Positions 1-9,717 of a stretch of DNA of 41,255 nucleotides are shown piece after piece (within the stretch, counting starts at the first letter, position 1; the number at the start of each line of letters is the position of its first letter). The notes beneath the pieces were generated by a model. That model was not told the DNA's origin. It worked only from the letters and a program-made list of their open reading frames with translations, and ran no database searches. Origin of the DNA: a virus (Duplodnaviria > Caudoviricetes); IMG/VR virus record IMGVR_UViG_3300030099_003815, positions 1-41,255 of that record. One strand, given 5' to 3'. The translations under genes were made by a program, and so were the position numbers.

Positions 1-101
1 ACACCATTGAACAGAGAAGCTGCAATGGAAGTGTGGAAAGGTAGACCGTTACGTCGATCGTTTACACACAAAGCCCTCAATGCTTTGATACAAGGCAGTA
101 G
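1..101. repeat. Terminal overlap with 41155..41255 (circular assembly)
   Basis: 1..101 matches 41155..41255 except T99 vs C41253 (AGT/AGC, both Ser). Confidence 0.95.
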
Positions 102-306
102 TGCGGACATGACAAAGAAAGCTATGCTAGATCTATATGATGAAGGCGTAGTTGCACACATTACGGTACATGATGAGCTTGATTTTTCCGTCTCTGACAG
201 TGTACAAGCGAACAAATACCGTGATATAATGGAAAATTGCGTCGACCTTAAGTTACCACTCAAGGTTGACGTAGAACTAGGCCCCACATGGGGTGACATA
301 ACATAG
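1..306 (+). CDS. polA: Family A DNA polymerase, C-terminal part (continuation of 39574..41255 across the circular junction)
   Basis: ALNALIQGSSADMTK, motif C TVHDEL and LKVDVELGPTW are PolA C-terminal motifs; in frame with the ORF running off the right end through the 101-nt overlap. Confidence 0.95.
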   Translation, partial: TPLNREAAMEVWKGRPLRRSFTHKALNALIQGSSADMTKKAMLDLYDEGVVAHITVHDELDFSVSDSVQANKYRDIMENCVDLKLPLKVDVELGPTWGDIT

Positions 307-319
307 AAAGGAGAGAGAT

Positions 320-643
320 ATGTGGTTATATACTGACCAAGGTCACATATCAGTTGTCATGGATCGTGACAACGATAAATACGTCTTTGTGCGTGCAAGA
401 AACAGGATGTCATTAGTGGCATTCATGCCGCATCATAAGATATTACATAAGAAAGACGCTGATTATTTATATCGCGTTCGTATTGCCAAGACAGAGTTTT
501 GCCAGTACCTATACGACTATGTAAGCAAGATGGAATATGATAACTTCAAAGGCCACTTGCTGCAGACCGGTATGAGCGGCAAAGAGTACCGTGTATTTAC
601 TGACGTGTACAATGCCGGCATGGGGTTTGAAGATGTCGACTGA
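320..643 (+). CDS. Hypothetical phage protein
   Basis: 107-aa ORF with strong RBS (AGAAAGGAG) directly after the polymerase stop. Confidence 0.75.
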   Translation: MWLYTDQGHISVVMDRDNDKYVFVRARNRMSLVAFMPHHKILHKKDADYLYRVRIAKTEFCQYLYDYVSKMEYDNFKGHLLQTGMSGKEYRVFTDVYNAGMGFEDVD

Positions 644-1040
644 GGCTGCACTGTGGCAGCTCGTTAAGAAAAATATTAGTGGGCACCTGGTCCGAGTTGA
701 GAATACAGCAGGATCTGGTACCCCTGACGTGCATGCCTGTCATGAGTCACGTGAAACATGGATTGAATTAAAATTAGCCAAGGGCAACTGGCTACATTTC
801 AGAGCTAGTCAACTAGCTTTCTTTGCCAAGCGCTGCATCAGCCAAGATGGCAGAGTACAGATACTATGGCGCAAGCAAAATGAAATATGCGTCACTAATG
901 CACACAACATTATGCTAGTGCTAGACACGTCTGTTGCTAATAAAGATGGCAGCGTAAAAATTCCGATAGCAAATATTTCCCACCAAAAATTTTTGAAACC
1001 ATGGTCATGGCTGCAAATAACGGAAAAAGTCTATGAATAA
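633..1040 (+). CDS. PD-(D/E)XK nuclease (VRR-NUC/Holliday-junction-resolvase-like)
   Basis: E-x-x-LW...RVEN...GTPDV...WIELK...SQLAF pattern; ATG 633 preferred over track start 591. Confidence 0.8.
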   Translation: MSTEAALWQLVKKNISGHLVRVENTAGSGTPDVHACHESRETWIELKLAKGNWLHFRASQLAFFAKRCISQDGRVQILWRKQNEICVTNAHNIMLVLDTSVANKDGSVKIPIANISHQKFLKPWSWLQITEKVYE

Positions 1041-1069
1041 TTTACAAATAGAAAATAATATAATAAAAT
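1041..1069 (+). promoter_or_regulatory. sigma70-like promoter
   Basis: TTTACA-17 nt-TAAAAT upstream of the AGAAAGGAG RBS and ATG 1092. Confidence 0.7.
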
Positions 1070-1091
1070 CAATATCAGAAAGGAGAGCTAT

Positions 1092-1412
1092 ATGAATAGC
1101 AAAGTTTATGTTGTGCAAGAAGCACATGGTCGTAACCTGCTGCCTGCTCAGGAGTATGGTGAGATCAATGTCTTGCTGCCACCAGGAAACGTCGCATTCA
1201 GTAGTAGTCCTACGGTTCGTAGACTTAGACAAGGTTTAAAAGACTATACTGACAGCGATTATCTGCTATTGATGGGTGATCCTGCTGCTATAGCTATGGC
1301 TGGTGCAATAGCTACAGAACAGAACCGTGGACGTATGCAATTACTGAAATGGGATAGGCAAGAGCACCGTTATTTTGTAATCAAAGTAGATATACATGGA
1401 GGAAGCGTATGA
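1092..1412 (+). CDS. Hypothetical phage protein
   Basis: 106-aa ORF, strong RBS, ATGA coupling to the next gene. Confidence 0.75.
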   Translation: MNSKVYVVQEAHGRNLLPAQEYGEINVLLPPGNVAFSSSPTVRRLRQGLKDYTDSDYLLLMGDPAAIAMAGAIATEQNRGRMQLLKWDRQEHRYFVIKVDIHGGSV

Positions 1413-1927
1413 TAGATGTTGATGATCAAGACCTGAAACAGGTCAGTATCCTAGCTAATACTCAACGCGAGCTAGAAAATAAAATAGCAAAGCAAGAGGA
1501 AGAGCTTAAAGAAACTAAGAGACAGCTTAAGCAAGTGAGTGAGGTAGATATACCTGAAGCACTGGCTGAGTCAGGACTCTCAGAGATTAAGTTGACTGAT
1601 GGTACCAAGGTATCTGTGCAACAGTTTTATAGTGCATCAATACCTAAAGATAAGGTTGATGAAGCATTAGACTGGTTGCGTGACAATGGTCATGGTGACT
1701 TAATAAAAAATACTATCAGTGTAGACTTTGGCAAAGGCGAAGATGAGCATGCAGCAAAGTTAAAGCAGCAGCTTGTTAATCAAGGTCGTTCACTCACTGA
1801 TAAAACAGGTGTCCACCCACAGACGCTTCGTGCGTTTGCGCGTGAACAAGTAGAGAAAGGACAGAACCTGCCCCTGGACTTACTCGGTATTTATATCGGG
1901 CAGAAAACCGTCATAAAGGAGGGTTAG
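1409..1927 (+). CDS. Conserved phage replication-region protein with N-terminal coiled coil
   Basis: Coiled-coil N-terminus, then WLRDNGHGDLIK...VHPQTLRAF; lies next to the SSB-like gene. Function not assignable. Confidence 0.65.
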   Translation: MIDVDDQDLKQVSILANTQRELENKIAKQEEELKETKRQLKQVSEVDIPEALAESGLSEIKLTDGTKVSVQQFYSASIPKDKVDEALDWLRDNGHGDLIKNTISVDFGKGEDEHAAKLKQQLVNQGRSLTDKTGVHPQTLRAFAREQVEKGQNLPLDLLGIYIGQKTVIKEG

Positions 1928-1931
1928 TATC

Positions 1932-2663
1932 ATGGCTCATGATATAGCAAAAAAGAAAGAGCAGCTTCCTACAGTGATTAACTTCGCTGAAGATGCCTCT
2001 GACGGTATTGGCGATTTATCCGCACAGGATTTTGCCATACCATACTTGGTGGTCTTGCAAAAGATGTCACCACAAACCGACACACATGATGTGAAAGCCG
2101 GTGAGATATTTAACACTGTTACAGAGAAAGCAACTAAGGAATTAGTTGTTGTCCCTTGTGCATACACACGAAACTTCGTGGAGTGGGTACCAAGAGATAA
2201 CGGTGGTGGACTCGTTGGAGTACACAATATCAGTAGCCTGCCTGAGCATAGTGTTGTTGATAAAAAGCTGGTTACCAAAGCCGGTAACATACTTGTCGAA
2301 ACCGCAAATCATTTCGTATTGACAGTCGATGGCAACAACGTAGATCGTGGTCTTATATGTATGACAAGCACGCAGCTTAAAAAGAACAGACGTTGGAATA
2401 GTCTTATGGCTGGTATCAAAATGACTGATGCCAATGGTAAGCTGTTTAGTCCTGCTAGATATAGTCATATGTATAAGTTGACTACAATGCAGGAGAAGAA
2501 CGATCAAGGTTCTTGGTTTGGTTGGGATATATCTTTGGTCAAACAAGTCGATGACGAAGGTATATATTCATTGGCGAAAGACTTTGCTTCACAAGTAAAG
2601 AGTGGTGCTGTGCAAGCAGGACCGCCGCCTAGTGAAGATAGTCCGGTATCCGAAGACTTCTAA
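1932..2663 (+). CDS. Putative single-stranded DNA-binding protein
   Basis: Beta-rich core with aromatic residues (GSWFGW), acidic tail ending in Phe (SEDSPVSEDF), position before primase. Confidence 0.6.
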   Translation: MAHDIAKKKEQLPTVINFAEDASDGIGDLSAQDFAIPYLVVLQKMSPQTDTHDVKAGEIFNTVTEKATKELVVVPCAYTRNFVEWVPRDNGGGLVGVHNISSLPEHSVVDKKLVTKAGNILVETANHFVLTVDGNNVDRGLICMTSTQLKKNRRWNSLMAGIKMTDANGKLFSPARYSHMYKLTTMQEKNDQGSWFGWDISLVKQVDDEGIYSLAKDFASQVKSGAVQAGPPPSEDSPVSEDF

Positions 2664-2671
2664 GTAGGGAG

Positions 2672-2693
2672 TGGGGAGGCTTCGGCCTCCCCA
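2672..2693 (+). promoter_or_regulatory. 9-bp stem with C(UUCG)G tetraloop between SSB-like and primase genes
   Basis: TGGGGAGGC-TTCG-GCCTCCCCA; no U-tract follows. Confidence 0.75.
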
Positions 2694-2702
2694 TGCGGAT
2701 AC

Positions 2703-4190
2703 GTGATATACTTACAATTTAAAGAATTATTTATGGGCTTAGATAGAGCTCATGGCAGCTATGAGATTAGTGGCGAACGTGCTGACGGTAAGAAGCAAGG
2801 TCGTGCTAAGACTGTACGTGAGGACGTGACAGATGATAAGTGGGAAAGTCATATACAAGGCAAGATGGGTCTTGGCATTATTCCTATTAATGATAGTAGT
2901 GAATGCAGGTTTGGTGCAATTGATATTGACGAATATGAAGGACTTGACATCGGAGCAATCAATGGTAAACTACAGCAATTTAAGTTTCCACTCTGGCCCT
3001 GTCAAAGTAAATCAGGGGGTGTCCACCTGTACTGTTTTACCAGTGAATGGGTTGGTGCTGATACGCTGCAACGTAAACTTAGAGATATGGCTGCAGCCCT
3101 CGGATATGGCTCATCAGAAATATTCCCAAAACAAACACAGATCCTTGCAGAGCGTGGTGATGTAGGTCAGTGGATCAACATGCCTTACTTTGGTAAGGAA
3201 CGCTGGTGCAACAACATGGACCCCAAGGATTTTGTTGAGCAAGCACTAAAGCATAGACTAACTGCCAAACAACTATCAGATCTTAAAGTTAAAATGCCTG
3301 AGTCTGACTTTGATGATGGACCACCGTGTCTGCAGCATTTGTCAGGTCAAGGCTTTCCTGCTGGTACACGCAACAACGGTCTATTTAATGTAGCAGTCTA
3401 CTGTCGTAAGCGTGACCCAGATAACTGGCAACGAGACATGGAGGCTTTTAATGCAAAACTCATGGACCCACCGTTATCGAGCTCAGAGGTTCAGGGCGTT
3501 ATTAAATCAGCGTCGCGTAAGGATTACCAGTACACCTGTAGTAAGGCACCCATTGCACCGTATTGCAATGCTGCTGTTTGCAAGCTCCGCAAGTTCGGTA
3601 TTGATGGCAGCAACGACTTACCTGCTATTCATTCTCTCACTAAATTTAATACGTCTCCTCCAATCTGGTTTTTAGATGTAGATGGCGGCGGTCGACTAGA
3701 GCTAGAGACAGACGACTTACAAAATCAACGAAGGTTTCAGCGCAAGTGTATGGAGAAGCTCAACACAATGCCTAACAAAATGAGTGATCAGGCATGGACT
3801 AAACTTATAAATCATTTGCTTGAGAACCTTACAGTTGTAGAAGCTCCTGTTGATGCTAGTCCTATTGGCCAGCTCATGGAACATATAGAAAGGTTTTGTA
3901 ATGGACGTGTACAAGCTAAGAACAGAGATGAGTTGTTACTTGGTAAACCATGGACTGATGAGGGACGACATTATTTTAGGGTTGCTGATCTTATGGCATA
4001 CCTTGATCGTATGCATTTCAGAGATTACCGCGTACACCAGGTAACTGCAATATTAAAAGGTCAAGACTCTGAGCATCACTTCTTTAACTGCAAAGGCAAG
4101 GGTGTCAACTGCTGGTCTATACCTGCATTTGATAAGCATGATGACAATTTTGACACGCCAGAGATAAGGGGTGAAGATGACTTGTTCTAG
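2703..4190 (+). CDS. AEP-superfamily DNA primase with PriCT-like domain
   Basis: GAIDIDEY (DxD), SKSGGVHLY (SxxGxH), INMPY, GTRNNGLFNVAVY (PriCT-like), Cys cluster C-x8-C-x4-C. Confidence 0.8.
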   Translation: MIYLQFKELFMGLDRAHGSYEISGERADGKKQGRAKTVREDVTDDKWESHIQGKMGLGIIPINDSSECRFGAIDIDEYEGLDIGAINGKLQQFKFPLWPCQSKSGGVHLYCFTSEWVGADTLQRKLRDMAAALGYGSSEIFPKQTQILAERGDVGQWINMPYFGKERWCNNMDPKDFVEQALKHRLTAKQLSDLKVKMPESDFDDGPPCLQHLSGQGFPAGTRNNGLFNVAVYCRKRDPDNWQRDMEAFNAKLMDPPLSSSEVQGVIKSASRKDYQYTCSKAPIAPYCNAAVCKLRKFGIDGSNDLPAIHSLTKFNTSPPIWFLDVDGGGRLELETDDLQNQRRFQRKCMEKLNTMPNKMSDQAWTKLINHLLENLTVVEAPVDASPIGQLMEHIERFCNGRVQAKNRDELLLGKPWTDEGRHYFRVADLMAYLDRMHFRDYRVHQVTAILKGQDSEHHFFNCKGKGVNCWSIPAFDKHDDNFDTPEIRGEDDLF

Positions 4191-5643
4191 TTGGAATATA
4201 GTGTTTGGTCCACCTGGTACAGGCAAGACTACGTTTGGTATGAATTTTGTAGAGGATCAAATCAAGCGGGGCATAGATCCTAGTCGCATTGGCTACATAG
4301 CATTTACAAGACGTGCTGCCAACGAGGCAAGAGAACGAGCTCAAAAAAACTTTAATCTGACTGATGATGATCTTACATTCTTTAGGACTATACATAGTCT
4401 ATGCTTCATGCAGCTAGGTATTAACCCTAGTGGAATGATGCAACAGCAGCACTGGACAGAGATAGGCGAGCTGCTAGGTGTAGAGACTACAGGCATGGGT
4501 GGTATGAATGAAGATGCATACAATATGTCTATGCCTACAGGCGACAGGTTATTCTTTTTAGAAAACCTATCACGTATTACAAGGTCTAGTTTACGTGAGG
4601 TATATGAGCAGACTGTCGATGATGATATAGACTACGACCAGCTAGTCATTGCTGCTAAGACATTAACAGAATATAAGAAGAGTCGTAAGCTACTAGACTT
4701 TACTGACTTGCTAGACAAGTGGTTAGAGAAAGGGCATGCACCTAGACTAGACGCTTTGTTTGTAGATGAAGCACAAGATTTATCTAAGATACAGTGGGAA
4801 GTCGTACATAAGATTAGTCGTGAGGTACCATTGAAGTATGCAGCTGGTGATGATGACCAGGCTATATATCGATGGGCAGGTGCAGCAGTCGAAGAGTTTA
4901 TTAATTTACCTGGTGACAAAACAGTACTCTCTCATTCATATCGTATACCTGAGGCTGTACATACCATGGCCAACTCATTGTTAGATAACATAGGATATAG
5001 GCAAGAGAAAGAGTTTACACACAACGGTAAGCCTGGCTATGTCAACTATCACTTCAGTGCCGAGGACTTAGACCTCGACACAGGTGACTGGTTGCTGCTA
5101 GCTCGTAATGGCTATATGCTACGTGAGTATGAACGTATCTGCGAGCAGAATGGCTATCCATATGAGAGCCCGAGCCGTAAACCTCTCAAGTCTGCTGCAC
5201 TGAGAGCAGTCAAAGACTGGACACAGCTTTGCAAGGGTCAGACATTGATTGGCAAGCAACTTAAAAATGTTCGTCGGTTTCATGGTTTCTCCTTTAATAT
5301 TGATGACGAACGTATTTATGCTTTCTCAGACTTGCAGCTTGAGAATAGACCGTGGTTCGAGGTCTTCAAACGAATTAGCCCTACGCTAAGAGAATACTTC
5401 TTAGCAGCAAAAAGACGAGGCGAGAGCTTGCTCAAGCCTAGAATTAAAATTAATACCATCCATGGAGTCAAGGGAGGAGAGGCAGATCACGTAGCAATCA
5501 TGACTGATATGGCTGCACGATCGTATAGGTACATGCAAATGTTTCCTGACGACGAACAACGTGTGTTTTATGTGGCAGCTACACGCGCCAAGAGCGGGCT
5601 AAATATAATACAGCCTCAATCTCGACTGTTCTTCGAAATTTGA
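4171..5643 (+). CDS. UvrD/Rep-like superfamily 1 helicase
   Basis: GPPGTGKTT, AFTRRAA, DEAQD, GDDDQAIY, SYR, TIHGVKGGEAD, YVAATRAK. Confidence 0.93.
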   Translation: MKMTCSSWNIVFGPPGTGKTTFGMNFVEDQIKRGIDPSRIGYIAFTRRAANEARERAQKNFNLTDDDLTFFRTIHSLCFMQLGINPSGMMQQQHWTEIGELLGVETTGMGGMNEDAYNMSMPTGDRLFFLENLSRITRSSLREVYEQTVDDDIDYDQLVIAAKTLTEYKKSRKLLDFTDLLDKWLEKGHAPRLDALFVDEAQDLSKIQWEVVHKISREVPLKYAAGDDDQAIYRWAGAAVEEFINLPGDKTVLSHSYRIPEAVHTMANSLLDNIGYRQEKEFTHNGKPGYVNYHFSAEDLDLDTGDWLLLARNGYMLREYERICEQNGYPYESPSRKPLKSAALRAVKDWTQLCKGQTLIGKQLKNVRRFHGFSFNIDDERIYAFSDLQLENRPWFEVFKRISPTLREYFLAAKRRGESLLKPRIKINTIHGVKGGEADHVAIMTDMAARSYRYMQMFPDDEQRVFYVAATRAKSGLNIIQPQSRLFFEI

Positions 5644-5677
5644 CCTCATAGGATGACCATAGAGAGCGGAGAAAAGT

Positions 5678-7126
5678 ATGAGCCATAGTAACATATACCC
5701 TTTTAAGACCCGTCCTTACGCCCATCAGAGGGAGGCCTGGGAGCTTTCAAAGGATAAAGATGAATTTGCACTGTTCATGGACATGGGTACAGGCAAGTCT
5801 AAAGTAATAATAGATAACATTGCGTATCTGTATGATAGAGGGCGGATAGATTCTGCTCTGATCATAGCACCTAAGGGTACTTATCAGAACTGGACGCGTA
5901 ATGAGATACCAACACACATGCCTGATCACATAGTAGTTAAGACTGCTGCCTGGTCTGCAACACCGAAGAAAGAAGAGAAGAAGAAACTTGAGAATATATT
6001 CTTTTCACTGTCTGACCTGCGTGTGCTAGTCATGAACATCGAGGCATTTAGTACTACAAAGGGCACTAAGTTTGCTGAGCAGTTTTTACGTTGTGCTGGT
6101 AACTGTATGATGGTTGTTGATGAGTCGACTACAATTAAGAACCCTAAGGCTAAGAGAACCAAAGCCGTAATCAAGACAGGTATACAGGCAAAGTATCGTA
6201 GGATACTGACTGGTGAGCCAGTGACTCGTAGCCCACTAGATCTATATGCCCAGTTCCAGTTCTTAAATCCTGTGTGCCTAGGCTTCAGCAGCTTCTATAC
6301 ATTTAGAAACAGGTATGCCATCATGATTGATATGAAGGCAGGTACACGATCATTTAAGAAGATAGTTGGTTACCAAAGACTACAAGAGCTAGGTGACCAG
6401 ATTAAACCATATAGTTACAGAATTAAGAAGGAGCAGTGCTTGGATCTACCACCTAAAACATATATCTATCGTGAGGTTGAGCTTACACCAGAGCAAAAGA
6501 AAGTATATAAGTCTCTGTCTGACGTAGCAGTCGCTATGTTAGATGGCAAGGTATTATCTGTCGATACTGTACTGACACAGATGCTAAGGCTGCATCAGAT
6601 AACTTGTGGCCACTATAAGTCTGACGATGATGAGATTATACAGGTACCTAATAATAGACTAGCGGAGTTAATGCAGGTATTAGAGGAGTCATCTGATAAG
6701 GTGATTATATGGGCTACATATATCCAAGACATACAGGCTATTTTAGCCGCTCTTAAAAAGGAATATGGTGATGAGTCTACAGTAGCATACTATGGGGCCG
6801 TAAGCCAAGATGATAGAAACACTGCTATCGATAGATTTCAAAAAGATGAGACATGCCGCTTCTTTGTAGGTAATCCACAAACAGGATCTATGGGTATCAC
6901 GCTCACTGCAGCAGACACAGTGATCTACTATTCTAACAGCTATAACCTAGAGCATAGACTACAGTCTGAAGATCGTGCACACCGTATTGGTCAAGAGAAA
7001 AATGTCTTGTATGTAGATCTTATATGCCGAGGTACAATTGACTCTAAGATAGTTAAGGCACTGCGTGATAAGAAGAATATTGCGCAACAGGTAATGGGTG
7101 ATGATTGGAAAGAGTGGCTTACTTAG
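5678..7126 (+). CDS. SNF2-like superfamily 2 helicase
   Basis: HQ, MDMGTGKS, VVDEST, LTGEP, GITLTAAD, QSEDRAHRIGQ. Confidence 0.92.
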   Translation: MSHSNIYPFKTRPYAHQREAWELSKDKDEFALFMDMGTGKSKVIIDNIAYLYDRGRIDSALIIAPKGTYQNWTRNEIPTHMPDHIVVKTAAWSATPKKEEKKKLENIFFSLSDLRVLVMNIEAFSTTKGTKFAEQFLRCAGNCMMVVDESTTIKNPKAKRTKAVIKTGIQAKYRRILTGEPVTRSPLDLYAQFQFLNPVCLGFSSFYTFRNRYAIMIDMKAGTRSFKKIVGYQRLQELGDQIKPYSYRIKKEQCLDLPPKTYIYREVELTPEQKKVYKSLSDVAVAMLDGKVLSVDTVLTQMLRLHQITCGHYKSDDDEIIQVPNNRLAELMQVLEESSDKVIIWATYIQDIQAILAALKKEYGDESTVAYYGAVSQDDRNTAIDRFQKDETCRFFVGNPQTGSMGITLTAADTVIYYSNSYNLEHRLQSEDRAHRIGQEKNVLYVDLICRGTIDSKIVKALRDKKNIAQQVMGDDWKEWLT

Positions 7127-7328
7127 CTCGCTTGCTTTCCTGTCCCATCCATATACCAAAGATACCAGTCATAACACCCATGATAACAGATACAAAAGCT
7201 GACTGCTGCATTGTAGGATCTGGCAAGCCCATAAACCATTCAGCACAACGCCATGACATAGCAACAGATGCCACCATTGTAAGTCGTGCTATGAGGTTAT
7301 ATTCCACAAGTTTCTTAAACCAACTCAC
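7119..7328 (-). CDS. Small two-TM membrane protein (holin-like)
   Basis: Two hydrophobic segments, basic C-terminus, last gene of the lysis cassette. Confidence 0.6.
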   Translation of the reverse strand: MSWFKKLVEYNLIARLTMVASVAMSWRCAEWFMGLPDPTMQQSAFVSVIMGVMTGIFGIWMGQESKRAK

Positions 7329-7777
7329 GCAATCTCAAAGTGAGGTGCGTCGATAAATGGACGCCTACCTTCACTCCTCCTTAAGTCTACGTATGAATTC
7401 ATAGCGTCTTCCATGGTCTGGTCCCACTCACGAATATCAGGGATATGCCATGCTGCACCCCACCTGATTCCTAGTCCGACGTCTTGTGCTGCAGCTTTGA
7501 ATGCATCAGCTATATCGTCGTACACATTTAGCTCCCAGGTTATTCTAGGCCCTATGTAGGCAACCACATCAACAGCATTACCTTCAAGGTGTTTGCTCTT
7601 CATTGTCTGAGAGGCTCCTTTATCTACTAGTACTTGCTGTTCTTCCATGGTCCGTAGTCCACAGGTCACGCCAAAATCTATATTAGTCAGTGTGATAGCC
7701 TTCTGTACTACCTCGACAAGCGCAGGGTTTACACCCTCTAGCCTGCTCTCACTTCGTTGTGATAAACTAAAACTCAT
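7325..7777 (-). CDS. Endolysin, peptidase M15 (L-Ala-D-Glu peptidase-like)
   Basis: GLRT..Q, SKHLEGNAVD (SxH-x6-D), GIRWG, DAPHFE Zn-binding motifs. Confidence 0.9.
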   Translation of the reverse strand: MSFSLSQRSESRLEGVNPALVEVVQKAITLTNIDFGVTCGLRTMEEQQVLVDKGASQTMKSKHLEGNAVDVVAYIGPRITWELNVYDDIADAFKAAAQDVGLGIRWGAAWHIPDIREWDQTMEDAMNSYVDLRRSEGRRPFIDAPHFEIA

Positions 7778-8169
7778 TTACTTACCCCTTTGAATTTTTC
7801 GAATGTACGTAGGCCGCCAAGTCCTAGCATACCCATTAAGACTGTTAGAAGCGACTCCATGTCAAACGTAGGAAGTTCAGGAATTTGCGCGCCAGCAACA
7901 GCTGCTGTGAACAAAACCAACGGAGCAATAACAAAGTGATACGCAAGCGCGACACCACAGGTCCATCCGACGAACGGACGCCATCCAGCAACAAACAGGG
8001 ACCGGTGAGCCGCCTCTTGCTTGTTGATTTCAAGTTGTCCTTTCGCGAGTTCTTGTGCATGCCTCTCCGCCATTGTGGCTAAGTCATGAGCCAGCTTAGC
8101 CTTCTGGTCTTTATCCTCGATAAACTTATCGAGCAGCCCGGTCACAGGACCGATTAGAGCTTGTAACAT
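7774..8169 (-). CDS. Holin (GTA 3TM-holin-like)
   Basis: FVAGWRPFVGW, hydrophobic helices, GMLGLGGLRTFEK C-terminus; adjacent to endolysin. Confidence 0.85.
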   Translation of the reverse strand: MLQALIGPVTGLLDKFIEDKDQKAKLAHDLATMAERHAQELAKGQLEINKQEAAHRSLFVAGWRPFVGWTCGVALAYHFVIAPLVLFTAAVAGAQIPELPTFDMESLLTVLMGMLGLGGLRTFEKFKGVSK

Positions 8170-8397
8170 TTAGTCCTCCGTTATTATGTTATCTATTTGT
8201 AGTTTACCGTCTGGTCCTTCAGACACAACTACCTTTAACTTCTGACATTGCCACTGCTCGTCGAACCTGCTAGATGCCCCGACATTTCTGTATATCTTAC
8301 GCTTCATTGCCAGACACTCTGACATTTTTTCGTATGGTGTATACTCTATCGCTTCTCCACTTGCGAACAAGAGCAATACAAAAGTTACTGTTGTCAT
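8170..8397 (-). CDS. Hypothetical protein with hydrophobic N-terminus
   Basis: 75-aa ORF coupled to neighbours; two Cys. Confidence 0.6.
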   Translation of the reverse strand: MTTVTFVLLLFASGEAIEYTPYEKMSECLAMKRKIYRNVGASSRFDEQWQCQKLKVVVSEGPDGKLQIDNIITED

Positions 8398-8798
8398 TTG
8401 TTATACCCATTATTCCTTATCTTTTCGAGGTTTGCCTCGATGTTACTAATTCTTTTTTCGTAAAACTCTAGTGTCAGCTTTTGCTGCTGATCATATGGAG
8501 CTTTACCATTCTCAATGTCTTCACTTAATTTTTCAAGCTCAGACGTTATGTGCTCAATCAGCATGAACTGCTCGGCATCGGCTGGCAAGCTGCCCATCTC
8601 ACCTCTGGGCCACTTGATCCTAAATTCTGTATTCATGTCCAAGTCAGATTTCATCATAGTGTGATTAGTCTCTAACTGGTTTAATCTTTCTACTAGTCCA
8701 AAATAAGCCCAGGTTGCAATCGATGCTGCAGCTACCATGCTGATAATATTACGCAGTGGTAATGCAACCTCTGTATTTTCATTTATTTTGGCCGGCAT
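8394..8798 (-). CDS. Hypothetical membrane-anchored coiled-coil protein
   Basis: N-terminal TM segment then coiled coil; lies between tail and lysis genes. Confidence 0.65.
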   Translation of the reverse strand: MPAKINENTEVALPLRNIISMVAAASIATWAYFGLVERLNQLETNHTMMKSDLDMNTEFRIKWPRGEMGSLPADAEQFMLIEHITSELEKLSEDIENGKAPYDQQQKLTLEFYEKRISNIEANLEKIRNNGYNK

Positions 8799-8801
8799 CT
8801 A

Positions 8802-9278
8802 TTATATCAGTCCCCTTTCGCGAGCACCTCTAAGTACAAGGTACCCAATGAATGTTAATACTACTAAACATATAAGAGATAAAAAGCCTATACCTATTAT
8901 CTCCCACAACTTCTCTCTTGCTTTCTCTGCATCAATCGCTTCTTGTTGTCGCCGCTTTCTAGCTTCAACTTGAAAACGTACCCAATCACCCCACAGCCCT
9001 GGTCGACCACAATAAATCATAAACTGTTTTAGTTCTTCTTCCTTTTGTTTGATTTGTTCGAGCGCCATAAATTCTTCAAGGTCATTACCATCTCCCTTAC
9101 GGAATTGCCCAAGAAAGCTATTTTTCTTTTGATGACCTCTAACATGAAGTGCATCTTTAGCGTTAGTAAAATCCCCAATTGCTTTAGCCGCTTGACTAAT
9201 GTCTCTACCATTTTGTACGACCTGCTTTATTACTGCAAAGGCGGCATTTGCTGCCGCTAACTCTGCTAACATAGCCAC
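8802..9278 (-). CDS. Hypothetical protein with C-terminal TM helix
   Basis: 158-aa ORF with AGGAGG RBS; hydrophobic C-terminal segment. Confidence 0.65.
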   Translation of the reverse strand: MAMLAELAAANAAFAVIKQVVQNGRDISQAAKAIGDFTNAKDALHVRGHQKKNSFLGQFRKGDGNDLEEFMALEQIKQKEEELKQFMIYCGRPGLWGDWVRFQVEARKRRQQEAIDAEKAREKLWEIIGIGFLSLICLVVLTFIGYLVLRGARERGLI

Positions 9279-9288
9279 CTCCTAGCAT

Positions 9289-9717
9289 TTATAAATCTCC
9301 ATCCTTGGGGTTGTTAGTTTTTGCTGCTTCCCAAGAAGTTAATATTCCATCAAGGCCAGCGGGCAGCGTGGTACCGCTAGCTTTCAGGGCTTTAAAATAT
9401 TTAAGTATCTCGTCTAACTGATCTCCAATCTCTGGATATTCCAGGGTACGATGTACACGAGCCGTTTGATTATCAACGGATATTTCATTTAGCTGAGCCT
9501 TAAGATCTGTCTCTTTAGATAAGTCATGCTCTTTATAATCGATCTCTTTAGGCTGTGTTGCTAGCTCAACATCATCCATAATCTTAGCGTATTGTCTGTC
9601 GTCTATCTCACCGATTGACACGTGATAAAACTCTTCATCAGTGTCAGCCCACACAAAAGTATGGGTACATCGATCCCCGTTGTAAATATTTTTATATGAT
9701 ATTATTTTATATGCCAT
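9289..9717 (-). CDS. Tail-fibre-associated (assembly/chaperone-like) protein
   Basis: C-terminal R..EYPEIGDQLD...K..NPK motif typical of small genes following phage tail fibres. Confidence 0.55.
   Translation of the reverse strand: MAYKIISYKNIYNGDRCTHTFVWADTDEEFYHVSIGEIDDRQYAKIMDDVELATQPKEIDYKEHDLSKETDLKAQLNEISVDNQTARVHRTLEYPEIGDQLDEILKYFKALKASGTTLPAGLDGILTSWEAAKTNNPKDGDL

Noticed and set aside
7-306. Separate small gene, or split/intron-containing polymerase
   Set aside because: It is contiguous and in frame with 39574..41255 once the sequence is circularised.
2672-2693. Intrinsic terminator (also 25359..25393)
   Set aside because: Strong stems but no U-tract on the transcribed strand; reported as regulatory hairpins instead.
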